Origin: Octopus sinensis
Lineage: Eukaryota
Assembly (NCBI RefSeq): GCF_006345805.1
Contig: NW_021834381.1
Span: 1 to 49,825, forward strand
Length of the DNA: 49,825 bases
Direction of reading: 5' to 3'
A model generated the notes under the pieces. The model was not told the origin of the DNA. It saw nothing but the letters and a program-made list of their open reading frames with translations, and searched no databases. Shown piece by piece: positions 1 to 11,500 of the stretch (positions are counted from its first letter, which is position 1; each line of letters starts with the position of its first letter). Made by a program: the position numbers and the translations under genes.

Positions 1-49
1 AACTTCTTCAAAAGTTAACAGATACAGCAAAAATGGCTTTTCGATCAAT

Positions 50-500
50 TATATAATAATAATGAAATTATTGTATACAGTGTTCAGGTGCACCACAACT
101 TGTCAGAAAGTGCATATAAAGTATATGCAGTAATGTAGAAATGTCTGGAAAGTGAACAATGTATGAGTCAGATACATGCTTGTGTGTGTATGGAGGGGAG
201 AAAATCAAGTGTAGTATTGGCGAATCTCAGGAAGCATGGAAGTTTTGAAGGATGCAGTGCTCCGACAACTAACAACTGATGCCGGCAGTTTGTTCCATGC
301 TTCAGCAACTCTCAGCGTGAAAAAATGTTTCCTGAAGTCATGGGAGCTGTGCTGTTTTCTTACTTTGTAAATATGTCCACGGGTGTGAGACGGGTGGAGT
401 TTGAAAAGGTGCTCAGAGTTATTGTTTGTACGATGGTTGATAATTTTATGGGTGTCTGCCAAGTCAGCTGCCAGACATTGGAGTTTCAATGTGTCCATGC
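50..500 (-). mobile_element. CR1/L2-clade LINE 3' fragment
   Basis: ORF 205-498 TRGHIYKV...RKHFFTLRVAEAWNKLP..VV...S.ASFK is the CR1 ORF2 C-terminus, followed by a 3'UTR and a short (ATT)n tail. Boundaries approximate. Confidence 0.8.
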
Positions 501-1140
501 CCAGGAACAGCAGTCGATCAAGATCAGGCTGATCAATACCCTATTGAATTTCTGAACACACTTAAACCCACTGGGATGACACTGCATAACTTGACGCTAA
601 TGCTGGATGCTCCTATTATGTTGCTTATGAATCTTGACCCACCTCACCTGTGTAATGGAAGCTGCTTAATTGTTACTTCCATTAAGCCCCATGTCCTCCA
701 GGCAACAATCATAACAGGCAGTCACAAAGAAGAAAATGTCTTCGTTCCAAAAAATTTTTTCATACCTACAGATGTTTCATTTGCATTTAGGATGCTTCAG
801 TTTCCACTCAAACTAAGTTTTGGTATTTCAATTAACAAATCTCAGGATCAATCCCTCAAGGTAGTACATGCTTCTCCCACCACCAACTTTGTTGGTTGCT
901 CACGAGTTTGAAGCAACAATTTATTTGTTTGGACACCAAGTAAAAAATTACACAATATTGTTTACTCTGAAGTGCTTCAAGATTAACAGATTTTCAGTTC
1001 GAAATTCTATTACCATTACAATTTGGATATTTTAAAATAAAATATAGATATTTTGAAATAATTATGAGAATATATCTTTATATTTATTGTTTACTAATCT
1101 GAATTAGAACAGCATTAACCCAGGCAATGCCAGATCATTC
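501..1140 (+). mobile_element. Helitron remnant: C-terminal PIF1-family helicase plus degenerate 3' hairpin
   Basis: ORF 489-911 YPIEFLNTL...PIMLLMNLDPPHLCNG...QFPLKLSFGISINKSQ matches Helitron helicase motifs; aacccaggcaatgccag at about 1117-1133 resembles the 3' terminus of the intact copies in this window. Confidence 0.85.
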
Positions 1141-1142
1141 AA

Positions 1143-1536
1143 CATGACCGATGCCAACCCTGCCAATCCGAACATGACCGATGCCAACCCTGCCGCGAAT
1201 GGCTTCTGTGCCGGTGGCACATAAAATGCACCATCTGAACGTGACTGATGCCAGCACCGCCTTGACTGGCTTCTGTGCCGGTAGCACATAAAAAAAAGCA
1301 CCAACTGATCGTGGCCGATGCCAGAACCCTCTGGCACCTGTGCAGGTGGCACGTAAAAAGCACCCACTACACTCGCGGAGTGGTTGGCGTTAGGAAGGGC
1401 ATCCAGCTGTAGAAACACTGCCAGATCAGACTGGAGCCTGGGGCAGCCCCTGGCTCCCCAGACCCCGGTCGAACCGTCCAACCCGTGCCAGCGCGGAAAA
1501 TGGACGTTAAACGATGATGATGATGATGATGATGAT
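1143..1536 (+). mobile_element. RTE-family LINE 3' end with internal tandem units and (GAT)n tail
   Basis: ggcgttaggaagggcatccagctgtagaaac motif, repeated gtgccggtggcac units and (GAT)n tail; same family as the RT-bearing copy at 33890-35265. Confidence 0.75.
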
Positions 1537-2417
1537 ATATAAATGAAAGAATGGAGTCGAACGACGATTTAACAAAATTCCTTTATCTCGACATATATAT
1601 ATATTGGCTTGTAGATATTGTAGAAGACACTTGCCTAAAGTGCCATGCAGTGGGATTGAACTTGTAACCATGTGTTTGAGAAGTAAACTTCTTACAATAC
1701 AGCCGTGCCATACCTACCTCTATCCATCACAATGAATTATATTTATCCAATACAAGTTATAAAAATGAACACATGTTGTTTTGTTTTTTTTAAATATATT
1801 TTTATTCCAAGAGTACAAAGCTGTTACAATATGTTCGTTGTTTAACATTTAAGATATTTCCACAAAGAAAACTCAAAGTGTTTTCTTTGTGTTTCTCTTT
1901 TATTTGTTTTTGTTTGTTCTTTTTTAATTTGACCGATTTTGTTTTTTGAGTCTCATTAATGTACTGTTTGGTAATAAAAATTAGTTTAAACCTCACAACC
2001 TTCAACGATTTTAGTTTGAACAAATCAACCCTTGCATTTATAAATTTAATGTCTGGTTTTTATTCTATTTGTTCTTGTTTGCTGGATCACTAGGTTACAG
2101 GGATGTAAACAAACTAACATTGGTTGTCAAGTGATGGAAATTGGGGACAGACACAATCGCATACACACAAGTATGTGTGCGCATGTGTGTGAATGTGTGT
2201 GTCAGTGTATGCGTGTGTTTTTGTGTGTGTCAGTGTGTGTGTGTGAGTGTGTGATAAGTGTTAGTGTAGACTAGAATAAATTTGGTAGAGCAGTGAAAGA
2301 CTAGGGTGGGGTTTGGAGAAGGCCAGTTGAGCAAAGACTTCAAGAAATATTGTGGTGATTTGGGAGTACTTCAAATACATTGAGACAAAAAGTTTAACAT
2401 GACAACCACAAGTTGTC

Positions 2418-2560
2418 ACTTAGCGGTTCGGCAAAAGAGACCGATAGAATAAGTACTGGGCTTACAAAGAATAAGTCCCGGGGTCGATTTGCTCGACTAA
2501 ATGCGGTGCTCCAGCATGGCCGCAGTCAAATGACTGAAACAAGTAAAAGAGAAAAGAGAA
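2418..2560 (+). mobile_element. SINE family A, 5'-truncated 3' half
   Basis: Near-identical to the 3' half of the full copies (cacttagcggttcggcaaaagagaccg...gtaaaagag). Confidence 0.8.
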
Positions 2561-3044
2561 AAAGTTGGAATAAGTCCGTATGTTAGTCTGTAAGGGAATA
2601 AGGGAATGTCGTGTAGGTTTACCACAAAAATTATGTGAGAGGTGAGAGAGAGACAGGGAGAGAGGGAGAGAGTATTACCATTGTTGATAAATCAGTTGTC
2701 AATGAGTAGAAGATAGAAAAAGGAGAGACAGACAAAGATGTTACCTCTCAGACAATCATTGAATAAAGAGGGAGTAAGGGATGAAAAAAAATATGTAACG
2801 TCTTGTGAAAAGTGTTTTGAATTTATACACATGCTAAAGTTCAAATAGGTAAGTAGGAATGGAATTTAATCAGTTTATCTTAACTGAATTCCTTTTCACT
2901 TATGATTTTGGCAAATTTGACATATAGCACACATAAATTCAGAGCACAAGTTCTGAGAATAACAGAAAGACACTTGTAAAATCCTAGTTTCAATTTCTGA
3001 TAACACATTTTGTATATTTACACATACACACACCATAAGTGCAT

Positions 3045-3225
3045 CCATACATACATATGAGAACCACTGATATATGGCACGTGTTTGTTATATATATATA
3101 TATATATATTATATAACAAACATTACATATGAGAACCACTGATATATGGCATGTGTTTGTTATATATATATAGTATATATACAAACACATACATATGAGA
3201 ACCACTGATATTTGGCACGTGTTTG

Positions 3226-3261
<36 letters not shown>

Positions 3262-3694
3262 CAAACACGTGCCATATATCAGTGGTTCTCATATGTATGT
3301 GTTTGTTATATATATATATATAACAAACACATGCCATATATCAGTGGTTCTCATATGTATATGTTTGTTATATATATATTATATATTATATAAACAAGCA
3401 CGTGCCATATATCAGTGTTCTCATATGTATGTGTTTTTGTTATATATATATATATAAAACAACCCACTTGCCATATATCAGTGGTTCTCATAGTATGTGT
3501 TTGTTATATATATAATAACAAACACATGCCATATATCAGTGGTTCTCATATGTATATGTTTGTTATATATATATATATATATATATAACAAACACGTGCC
3601 ATATATCAGTGGTTCTCATATGTATGTGTTTGTTATATATATATATATAACAAACACGTGCCATATATCAGTGGTTCTCATATGTATGTGTTTG

Positions 3695-3726
<32 letters not shown>

Positions 3727-3757
3727 CAAACACGTGCCATATATCAGTGGTTCTCAA
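3045..3757. repeat. Minisatellite of about 50-bp units with TAACAAACAC/GTGTTTGTTA ends separated by (TA)n
   Basis: 3 units in one orientation, then 8 in the opposite orientation; core ccatatatcagtggttctca. Confidence 0.9.
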
Positions 3758-3900
3758 CCAGGACACATATGGTCCCTGAGGAGTCATGTAAGATTTTTAG
3801 GGGTTCCAAATAACAAAACAGTAAATTGGAGGTCCACAATAATATTCTAAGAGTCCCTAACAAAAATATTAATTTAGATGTTTGTATTGGTCTTACAAGA
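3745..3900 (+). mobile_element. hAT/Charlie-like non-autonomous element, left end
   Basis: Begins CAGTGGTTCTCAACC, a typical hAT-Charlie terminus; right end not found and right boundary is a guess. Confidence 0.45.
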
Positions 3901-4399
3901 AACAGCTAAGTGTCCTTCTCCAACATTCTACTCAGTTCAACCAACACAAGTCAATGTGTGAAACTATGATCTTACTGCCATGGGTGCAACACCCTAGCGA
4001 CTAAGACATGCTCATATTTTGTTTAAAAGGCTCAAAAAGTGGAAAACTATGAAATGGAAAGTGAAGTTATGTTTAGAATCTCTTTCATCAGTGGGAGATC
4101 AACAAATAGTCAGATGTAATGGATGACTGCATTGTCATTGCCTGTTACGACACCACATTGAGTAGTAAAACATATAAATACAAAAAAACAGTAGGGTACA
4201 AAATAAGTTAACAAATAAATATACAGATAAATATATACAAATAAATAAGCATTCATACAGAAATATATATACACATACACACACACACACATATATATTG
4301 TTATTCTTTCGGATGGTCATAGTTTAGCAATTAAACACACACATTGTATATTTGGTCTTCACTTCAGCTTTATCATTATTTTTGTTTCTTTGTTTCAAA

Positions 4400-4662
4400 G
4401 CGCTTTCGTCTCACACCCTGTGACCTCTTCAACAACTCTCTATCCCATGTGTCTCCTTTTGTTCTGCTTGCTCCAGTTTGTTTTCCTGTGGTATGTATTT
4501 GTATCTGCGCATGCATTTATGGACGCACACAGATACAGACGCAAACGCATGCGCAGATAAAGACACATAGCGCAGAAAGGCAAAATGGAATAAGCAGAAC
4601 AAAAAGGAGACACATTGGATGGAGAGTTGTTGAAGAGGTCACAGGACACGTGATGAAAGAGC
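4400..4662. repeat. Penelope-type repeat with inverted arms of about 65 bp
   Basis: ctgtgacctcttcaacaactctc...ccttttgttctgctt is inverted at about 4590-4660; a related copy lies at about 27790-27860. Confidence 0.6.
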
Positions 4663-4785
4663 TTTGGCAAGCAAGCTGAAGTGAAGTCCGACATATAGTG
4701 TGTGTGCTTATCTGGCAAAATATGTTCATCCCCAGGTACAACAATATCTGTTGCAACACGATTTCACATCAAGAATCTTTATATA

Positions 4786-4851
<66 letters not shown>

Positions 4852-4886
4852 ATATGAATATATGTATGTATGAATATGTATGTATG

Positions 4887-4920
<34 letters not shown>

Positions 4921-5034
4921 GTGTGTGTATATAATACACACATACACACACACGTGTTTATGTAGTTGTTTTGCAAGATTCCTGATGTGAAATCGTGTGT
5001 TGAAATAGATATTGTTATATTTCACGATGGTCAT

Positions 5035-5111
<77 letters not shown>

Positions 5112-5244
5112 ATATATATATATAATATATTATATATATATATATATATACACATACATATATATATATAATATATATATATACACATACATATCCTCTC
5201 TTCTCTTTCGGAGAGGCACAAGCACCTACACGCACACATACACA

Positions 5245-5398
5245 CACGGCAGTAACTTCCACCTACCGAATTCAATCACAAAGCTCCGGTGAGCTCGGGG
5301 CTATAGTGAAAGACCTACCCAAAGTGCCACGCTGTGGGACTGAACCCGAAACCACATAGCTAGGAAGCAAGCTCCCTAACCACACAGCCATGCCCGCG
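5245..5398 (-). mobile_element. SINE family A variant, 5' half
   Basis: Reverse complement gives the ggcatggctgtgtggtt A-box-like and gggttcagtccc B-box-like head. Confidence 0.7.
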
Positions 5399-5456
5399 AC
5401 TATATATATACACACATACATATATATATATATTATATATATATATATACACATAC

Positions 5457-5495
<39 letters not shown>

Positions 5496-6204
5496 ACATA
5501 CATATACATATATATATATATATGTGTATATACATACATACATGCTTTTGAGTGGGTATATATGGTAAAAAGAAGACTAGGCACCATGTTAATGTCAATA
5601 AATTTTAATGACCCATATTTTTCTATCTTCCATTGAACTCTTTCACATGCATTTCTGTGAAGAATCTACTGAAAGACTTAAAGCTTCGGTGAAGGGGGAT
5701 AGTTTTTTTCGTGGGACCCTAAAGAAAATGTAAGCGTTGGGGGTGAAAGTTTTGAGGTAGAAGGGCACCAAAATATTGGATTTCGAGAACTTCATGAATA
5801 CAGATTCTGAATCTTTTTATCTAGGGAAAGGATAAAATTTGGCTTTTCAGGGGAGGAAGTTAGATATCACTTAACCCACTACACTCTTATCTCTCATCAT
5901 TTCTGTAAAACACACACACACACACACATACACACACTCACTCATACACACACACACACACACACATATATTTGACAAATAATGAGGGATGATAGTGTAA
6001 ATAATAGTGCTTTACAGGTGTGGAACCAATAACGACTAAATATATACATTTTATTTATTATTTTGCATATTACTTAATCATTGTTATATGTTTTATCTTA
6101 TATTTAACCTTTTTATAATATGTAATTTTCTAGATGGCATAATTACATTTTTCATTATTGAATTGATAAAAGGTGATTTTTTTCTAATTTATATATATAT
6201 ATAC

Positions 6205-6251
<47 letters not shown>

Positions 6252-6269
6252 GTGTGTGTGTGTGGTTAC

Positions 6270-6616
6270 AGGTGCATGAGTGGCAGTGTGGCAAGTAGCT
6301 TGCTTACCAACTACGTGGTCCCGGGTTAAGTCTCACTGCATGGCACCTTGGGCAAGTGCCCTCTACTATAGCCTTCTACTAAGGCCAAAGCCTTGTGAGT
6401 GGATTTGGTAGACGGAAACTGAAAGAAGACCATCGTATATATATATAATGTTTGTGTGTCTGTGTTTGTCTGCCCCCACCATCGCTTGACAAACAATGTT
6501 GGTGTCTTTATGTCCCTGTAACTTAGCGGTTCAGCAAAATAGATCGCTAGAATAAGTCCTGGGGTTGATTTGTTCGACTAAAGGCAGAGCTCCAGCATGA
6601 CCACACTCAAATGACT
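6270..6616 (+). mobile_element. SINE family A, older copy
   Basis: tRNA-like head, caccttgggcaagtg domain and cagcatg tail, diverged from the young copies. Confidence 0.75.
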
Positions 6617-6960
6617 CTTTGTGCTATACAGAAAATAGCATTATATCAGGGTGGACAGGAGTATCAAGGATGAAGATAAAATGGCAGTGACAGGATGCCA
6701 GAGTGAAACTCTCAAGAAGCAAGTGATGACAGAGAGAGAGTGGGTTCGGAGCAGGGGAGGTATTATGAGAGTGTGAGTGGAGAGCAAGTGATGCTCAGAG
6801 ATTGAGATCGAGGTGAATGTGGCAGGTGATGAATAGGTGTGGCAGTGCAGCTTGATGGGTAATATCAGAGTGGAAGTGTGGGGTAAGGTGAGAGAGAGTG
6901 TTGGTTCATGGATGAAACTTGAAAAACTCAGAGATAATGAGCAAGGCATATATATATGTC

Positions 6961-7215
6961 GAAGGCGGTGAGCTGGTATAAGGCGGTGAGCTGGCAGACA
7001 CATTAGCGCGCCGGGCGAAATGCTTAGCGGTATTTCGTCTGTCGTTACGTTCTGAGTTCAAATTCTGCCGAGGTCAACTTTGCCTTTAATCCTTTCGGGG
7101 TCGATAAATAAAGTACCAGTTTTGCACTGGGGGGGTGGGGGTATAATCGACTCAATCCCTTCGTCTGTCCTTGTTTGTCCCCTCCCTGTTTAGCCTCTTC
7201 TGGGCAGTAAAGAAA
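6961..7215 (+). mobile_element. SINE family B (duplicated 5' tip)
   Basis: aaggcggtgagctgg repeated twice, gagttcaaattc B-box-like motif, ctttgccttt..atcctttcggggtcgataaa..aagtaccag central domain. Confidence 0.8.
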
Positions 7216-7519
7216 TATATATATATATGTCCCCAATTTAACCAATAATTATTCCTCACTTGATTTTTAATGACGGCCAGACTCACACTGAGGGAAACGG
7301 TACTCATTACTTGACTCTGATGCACTTAGACACCTCATTCCATTTCCAAGATGCTCCTCCTCTTCCAGTAACTTTACTTGTCTGTTGTGCTCTTTTAAAT
7401 TTAAACAGATGTCGCAGTCAGCCACGTCTAAGCAATTGCTCGGATTCTGCAAGTATAATACAATAGAACATGTAGTATTTACAGTTGTATATATATTTGA
7501 GAGATGAAGAATTATGTAC

Positions 7520-7630
7520 ATATTTAACATTATTTACATTTGACAGATATTTGTCCTCATCTTGTTTGTTGTTAACACAACGTTTTGGCTGATGTACTCT
7601 CCAGCCTTCATCAGGTGTCCTGGGGGAATT
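7520..7630 (-). mobile_element. Penelope-type pLTR fragment with mutated hammerhead
   Basis: Minus strand GACAC-CUGAUGA-A-GGCUG..CAGCC-AAAA-CG-UU-GUGUU, followed by an AAATGTAAATAATG tail also seen at about 44461-44485. Confidence 0.6.
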
Positions 7631-7649
7631 AGCAAACAAGTTTTCCTCA

Positions 7650-7955
7650 TTCATTACACCGGCAGTGTGCTTTCCAGCAGCATGCTTAAGTTCTTCATGC
7701 AGAATACATGCTCTCTCAAAAGTGCTGACCCCCTCCTTAACCTGCTTCCTCCAGCTGTGGTGATGACGGGCATTGCTCTCCCAGTCAGTCTCCTGCATAT
7801 CACACGCCCTTAATGAGGACTTGAAACCGTCCTTAAATCGCAGCCTTGGTTTCTGCCGGGTCTCTTTCCATTCGCAAGTTCCCCATATAGCATCTGCTTA
7901 GGGATCCTGCTCTCCTTCATTCTAATAGGAGGCCCAGTCCAATGTAACCAGTGCT
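7650..7955 (-). mobile_element. BovB-like RTE ORF2 C-terminal fragment
   Basis: LHWTG...RIPKQMLYGELANGKRP and WESNARHHHSWRKQVKEGVSTFE peptides. Confidence 0.7.
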
Positions 7956-8609
7956 TGTGCATGCATACATATACATACACATATACATACATGCATACAC
8001 TCATACATACATACATGCATGCATGCATGCATACATACATACATACATACATACATACATACATACATACATACATACATACATACACGTCTCAGGGGAA
8101 ACTGTCTAGGTGCAATCCCATGGTCATTATAGATAGGTATATAATAATAAGATTAAGTAAGACCCTGATACTTAATTACATTCATATATATTATTGTTGT
8201 ATATTATTATAGTAGAGAAATATTGTCTTCAACATAAATGAGTTTGGTTTAATATTATTTGAGATATACAGAAATATATTTTGATTGATGTAGATTCTAC
8301 TAAATTATTTTGTTGTTTTTAATTCTAATTGATATGTAGTTCAATGGCTAACAATCATGCTCATAATATAAAGGCATTTGGATTCAGATTTTACTACCCA
8401 GCCATCCTTTCGCACGGAATTTCATCTCCCTTCAAACCACTGGCTCTGATGAGGCTTATACAAGGAACTCGAATTGTTTATACATCAAAAAATGATCTCT
8501 TTCTTTTACTCATCTGGGCCTGAAGATTTTCTTTTTATTTCATTTTGCTGATAACAACCCTAATTATCTACTCCTGATAATTCTTCAGATGTATATGTTT
8601 TAAGTATAT

Positions 8610-8649
<40 letters not shown>

Positions 8650-8652
8650 CAT

Positions 8653-9064
8653 AGCATCCATTCGTGTCCGTTGCCAGCCTCACCTGGCCCCCGTGCCGGT
8701 AGCACGTAAAAGCAGCATCCGTTCGTGTCCATTGCCAGCCTCGCCTGGCCCCCGTGCCGGTAGCACGTAAAAGCAGCATCCGTTCGTGTCCGTTGCCAGC
8801 CTCGCCTGGCTCCCGTGCCGGTAGCACGTAAAAGCACCATCCGTTCGTGGCCGTTTGCCAGCTTTGTCTGGCACCTGTGCAGGTGGCACGTAAAAGCACC
8901 CACTACACTCACGGAGTGGTTGGCGTTAGGAAGGGCATCCAGCCGTAGAAAACACTGCCAAATCTGACTGGGCCTGATGAAGCCTCCCGGCTTCACAGAC
9001 CCCAGTTAAACCGTCCAACCCATGCTAGCATGGAAAACGGACGCTAAATGATGATGATGATGAT
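8653..9064 (+). mobile_element. RTE 3' end with 61-bp tandem units and (GAT)n tail
   Basis: Units start at 8653, 8714, 8775 and 8836; aagggcatccagc motif. Confidence 0.8.
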
Positions 9065-9129
9065 ATATATAATATATATATACATATAAATATATACATA
9101 CATATATATATATATATATACACATATAT

Positions 9130-9300
9130 GGGGAAAAATTCACAAAAAAACAAAAGACGAAGACAGATGGTGTAGACAACAAACAGATGTATTAGTATAA
9201 TGCTTGGAAAGTGAAAAAGTCTTTAACGTTTTGAGCCTATGCTCTTCAACGGAAAGGAATACAGACAGAAACAAGGAGAGAAAATAAAGAATGTGTAGTT
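9130..9300. mobile_element. Penelope-type pLTR family (other copies at about 16795-16985 and 45010-45180)
   Basis: Shared aaaaacaaaaga(c/t)gaagacag...gctcttcaac..aaaggaa sequence, inserted in (TA)n; hammerhead-like core on the minus strand. Confidence 0.55.
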
Positions 9301-9316
9301 ATATATATAAATATAA

Positions 9317-9347
<31 letters not shown>

Positions 9348-9804
9348 AATATATAAACATATATATATAAAATATATACATATATATATATACATATATA
9401 AATATATATATACATATATATATAAACATATATATATTTATATATATATATATATATAAACATATATATATATACACACATAAATAAATATATACATATA
9501 TACACATATATCCATATATACATATGTATATACATATATTTATATATGCATATTATACACATATACATATATACACATATGTCTTTTTACATTTCATATT
9601 CACTAGATATATATATTTCCTAGTTTATAAGGTTTTATTTAATATACATATAGTCATATACTTCTCGTTTATTTAGTTTTTCTTTACTTTATCCCTCCTC
9701 TTTCTATAGGCTACCTCTGACATTATATCCTATAACGTTTTTTTGAAACAATATTAATATTAATATTTCTGTTAAAATGTCTTATTGATGAGTTTCATTT
9801 CTTC

Positions 9805-9893
9805 ACTTTCCCGAAGAGAAGATTACATTGTTTTACACCATTTTATTCCTTTGGAATAATATCAGTGATATCTTCGAAACATGTGTCGGAAGT
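9805..9893 (+). ncRNA. Putative type I hammerhead ribozyme (CCGAAGA core, long stem II)
   Basis: ACUUUC/GGAAGU stem I, CCGAAGA, GAAGAU/AUCUUC stem II, GAAA, ACA-UG-UGU stem III, GUC site. Confidence 0.5.
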
Positions 9894-9967
9894 AAAAGAA
9901 CTTGAATAACACCTGCGTTTAACTCCATTTATTTATATATATATATACACATATGTACATATATATG

Positions 9968-9999
<32 letters not shown>

Positions 10000-10014
10000 T
10001 ATAATATATATAAT

Positions 10015-10079
<65 letters not shown>

Positions 10080-10083
10080 ACAC

Positions 10084-10126
<43 letters not shown>

Positions 10127-10262
10127 CATATACATATTTGCATACACATACACTCACACATACACATATATATATTATTATATATAAATATATATATATA
10201 TATGTAGCCATACACATGCTTACATGCTGATGGACAGACAAATAGATAGAGAAACAAAAGGT

Positions 10263-10533
10263 CTAAACAAAAAATTGTAATTTATTACAAACACTGACCG
10301 TCAGATGGTTCCTGGCGATGGTTTTACAGGAATTGTCGCAGGGATGCCTTAATTGTTCCAAGGTCTGGTAGCTCTCCTCAAATTTCTTTGTGGCTAAGTC
10401 TGTTTGCCCATTAATCAGGTAACAATGTGCCAGCCATATCTGGATATCCACCAAGATATAATGAAGTGAACCAGACTTTGTCATATCATTCTCTGCGTCT
10501 ACCAAAGTATTCATCGCCACTAATAAATTTCCA
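10263..10533 (-). CDS. STAND-TPR gene, last confidently placed exon (ends at stop 10263 or at a donor after 10299)
   Basis: ttatttctAG|TGGAAAT, phase 2; GNLLVAMNTLVDAENDMTKSGSLHYILVDIQIWLAHCYLINGQTDLATKKFEESYQTLEQLRHPCDNSCKTIARNHLT, then either |gtcagt donor or VSVCNKLQFFV-stop. Confidence 0.8.
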
Positions 10534-10703
10534 CTAGAAATAATGAAAAAAAAACATGTAAACAATATATGTAAACAATGTAGCAAAAATATATAATAAA
10601 TCTTTTATCCTTTATTTTTTCAGTCATTTGATTGTGGCCATGCTGAAGCATCACCTGATGAATGATACACACAGACACACACACACACACAGAAAAACAC
10701 ACA

Positions 10704-10784
<81 letters not shown>

Positions 10785-11119
10785 GATGCTCTTCTTTCAG
10801 TTTCCATCTGCCAAATCTACTCACAAGTCTTTGGTTGGCACAAGGCTACGGTAGAAGACACTTGCCCAAAACGCAACATAGTAAGACTGACCCTGAAACC
10901 ATGTGATTGAGAAGTAAGCTTCTTACCACATTGCTACTACATACATACATACATACATATATACATATTATATATATATCCATATATATATATGTATATG
11001 TATATATTGTATATATATATATGTACACATATACATATATGTGTACATACATATATATATATATATTACACATATACATATATATATACATACACACACA
11101 CATTTATACATGTATGTGC

Positions 11120-11500
11120 TGGCATGGCTGTGTGGTACAAAGTTTCCTTTCCAACCACATGGGTCTGGGTTCAATCTCACTGCATGGCACCTTGAGCAGG
11201 TGTCTTCTACTAAAGCATCGGACTGACCAAAGCCTTGTGAGTGGATTTGGTAGATGGAAACTGAAAAAAGCCTGTCGTGTGTGTTTGCGTGCATATGTCT
11301 CTGTGTCTGTGTTTGTCCCCCCCAGCAGTACTTGACAAACCAGTGTTGGTTTGTTTACAACCCCATAACTTAGCAGTTCAGCAAAAAGCAACTTTTAGAG
11401 TAAGTACCAAACTGAGAACCAAAATATGTCCTGGAATCGATTCATTCTTCAAAATGGTGCCCCAGCATGGCCACAGTCTGAAGAGTGAAATAGGTAAAGG
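11120..11500 (+). mobile_element. SINE family A, older copy
   Basis: Head ggcatggctgtgtgg, domain caccttgagcaggtgtc and tail ccagcatggccacagtc. A further 5' half lies on the minus strand at about 10783-10930. Confidence 0.7.

Noticed and set aside
3045-3757. CRISPR-like repeat-spacer appearance
   Set aside because: The spacers are only (TA)n of variable length, the context is eukaryotic and there are no cas genes.
2990-5598. Many YI/IY/CV-rich ORFs here and throughout the track
   Set aside because: They are translations of (TA)n, (CA)n and (TACA)n microsatellites and the minisatellite; no coding signal.
8443-8485. CTGATGA...GAAT possible hammerhead
   Set aside because: Stem II does not pair beyond 2 bp and there is no stem I or III.
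8973-8996. CTGATGAAGCC..GGCTTC hairpin
   Set aside because: No GAAA follows; it is part of the RTE 3' end.
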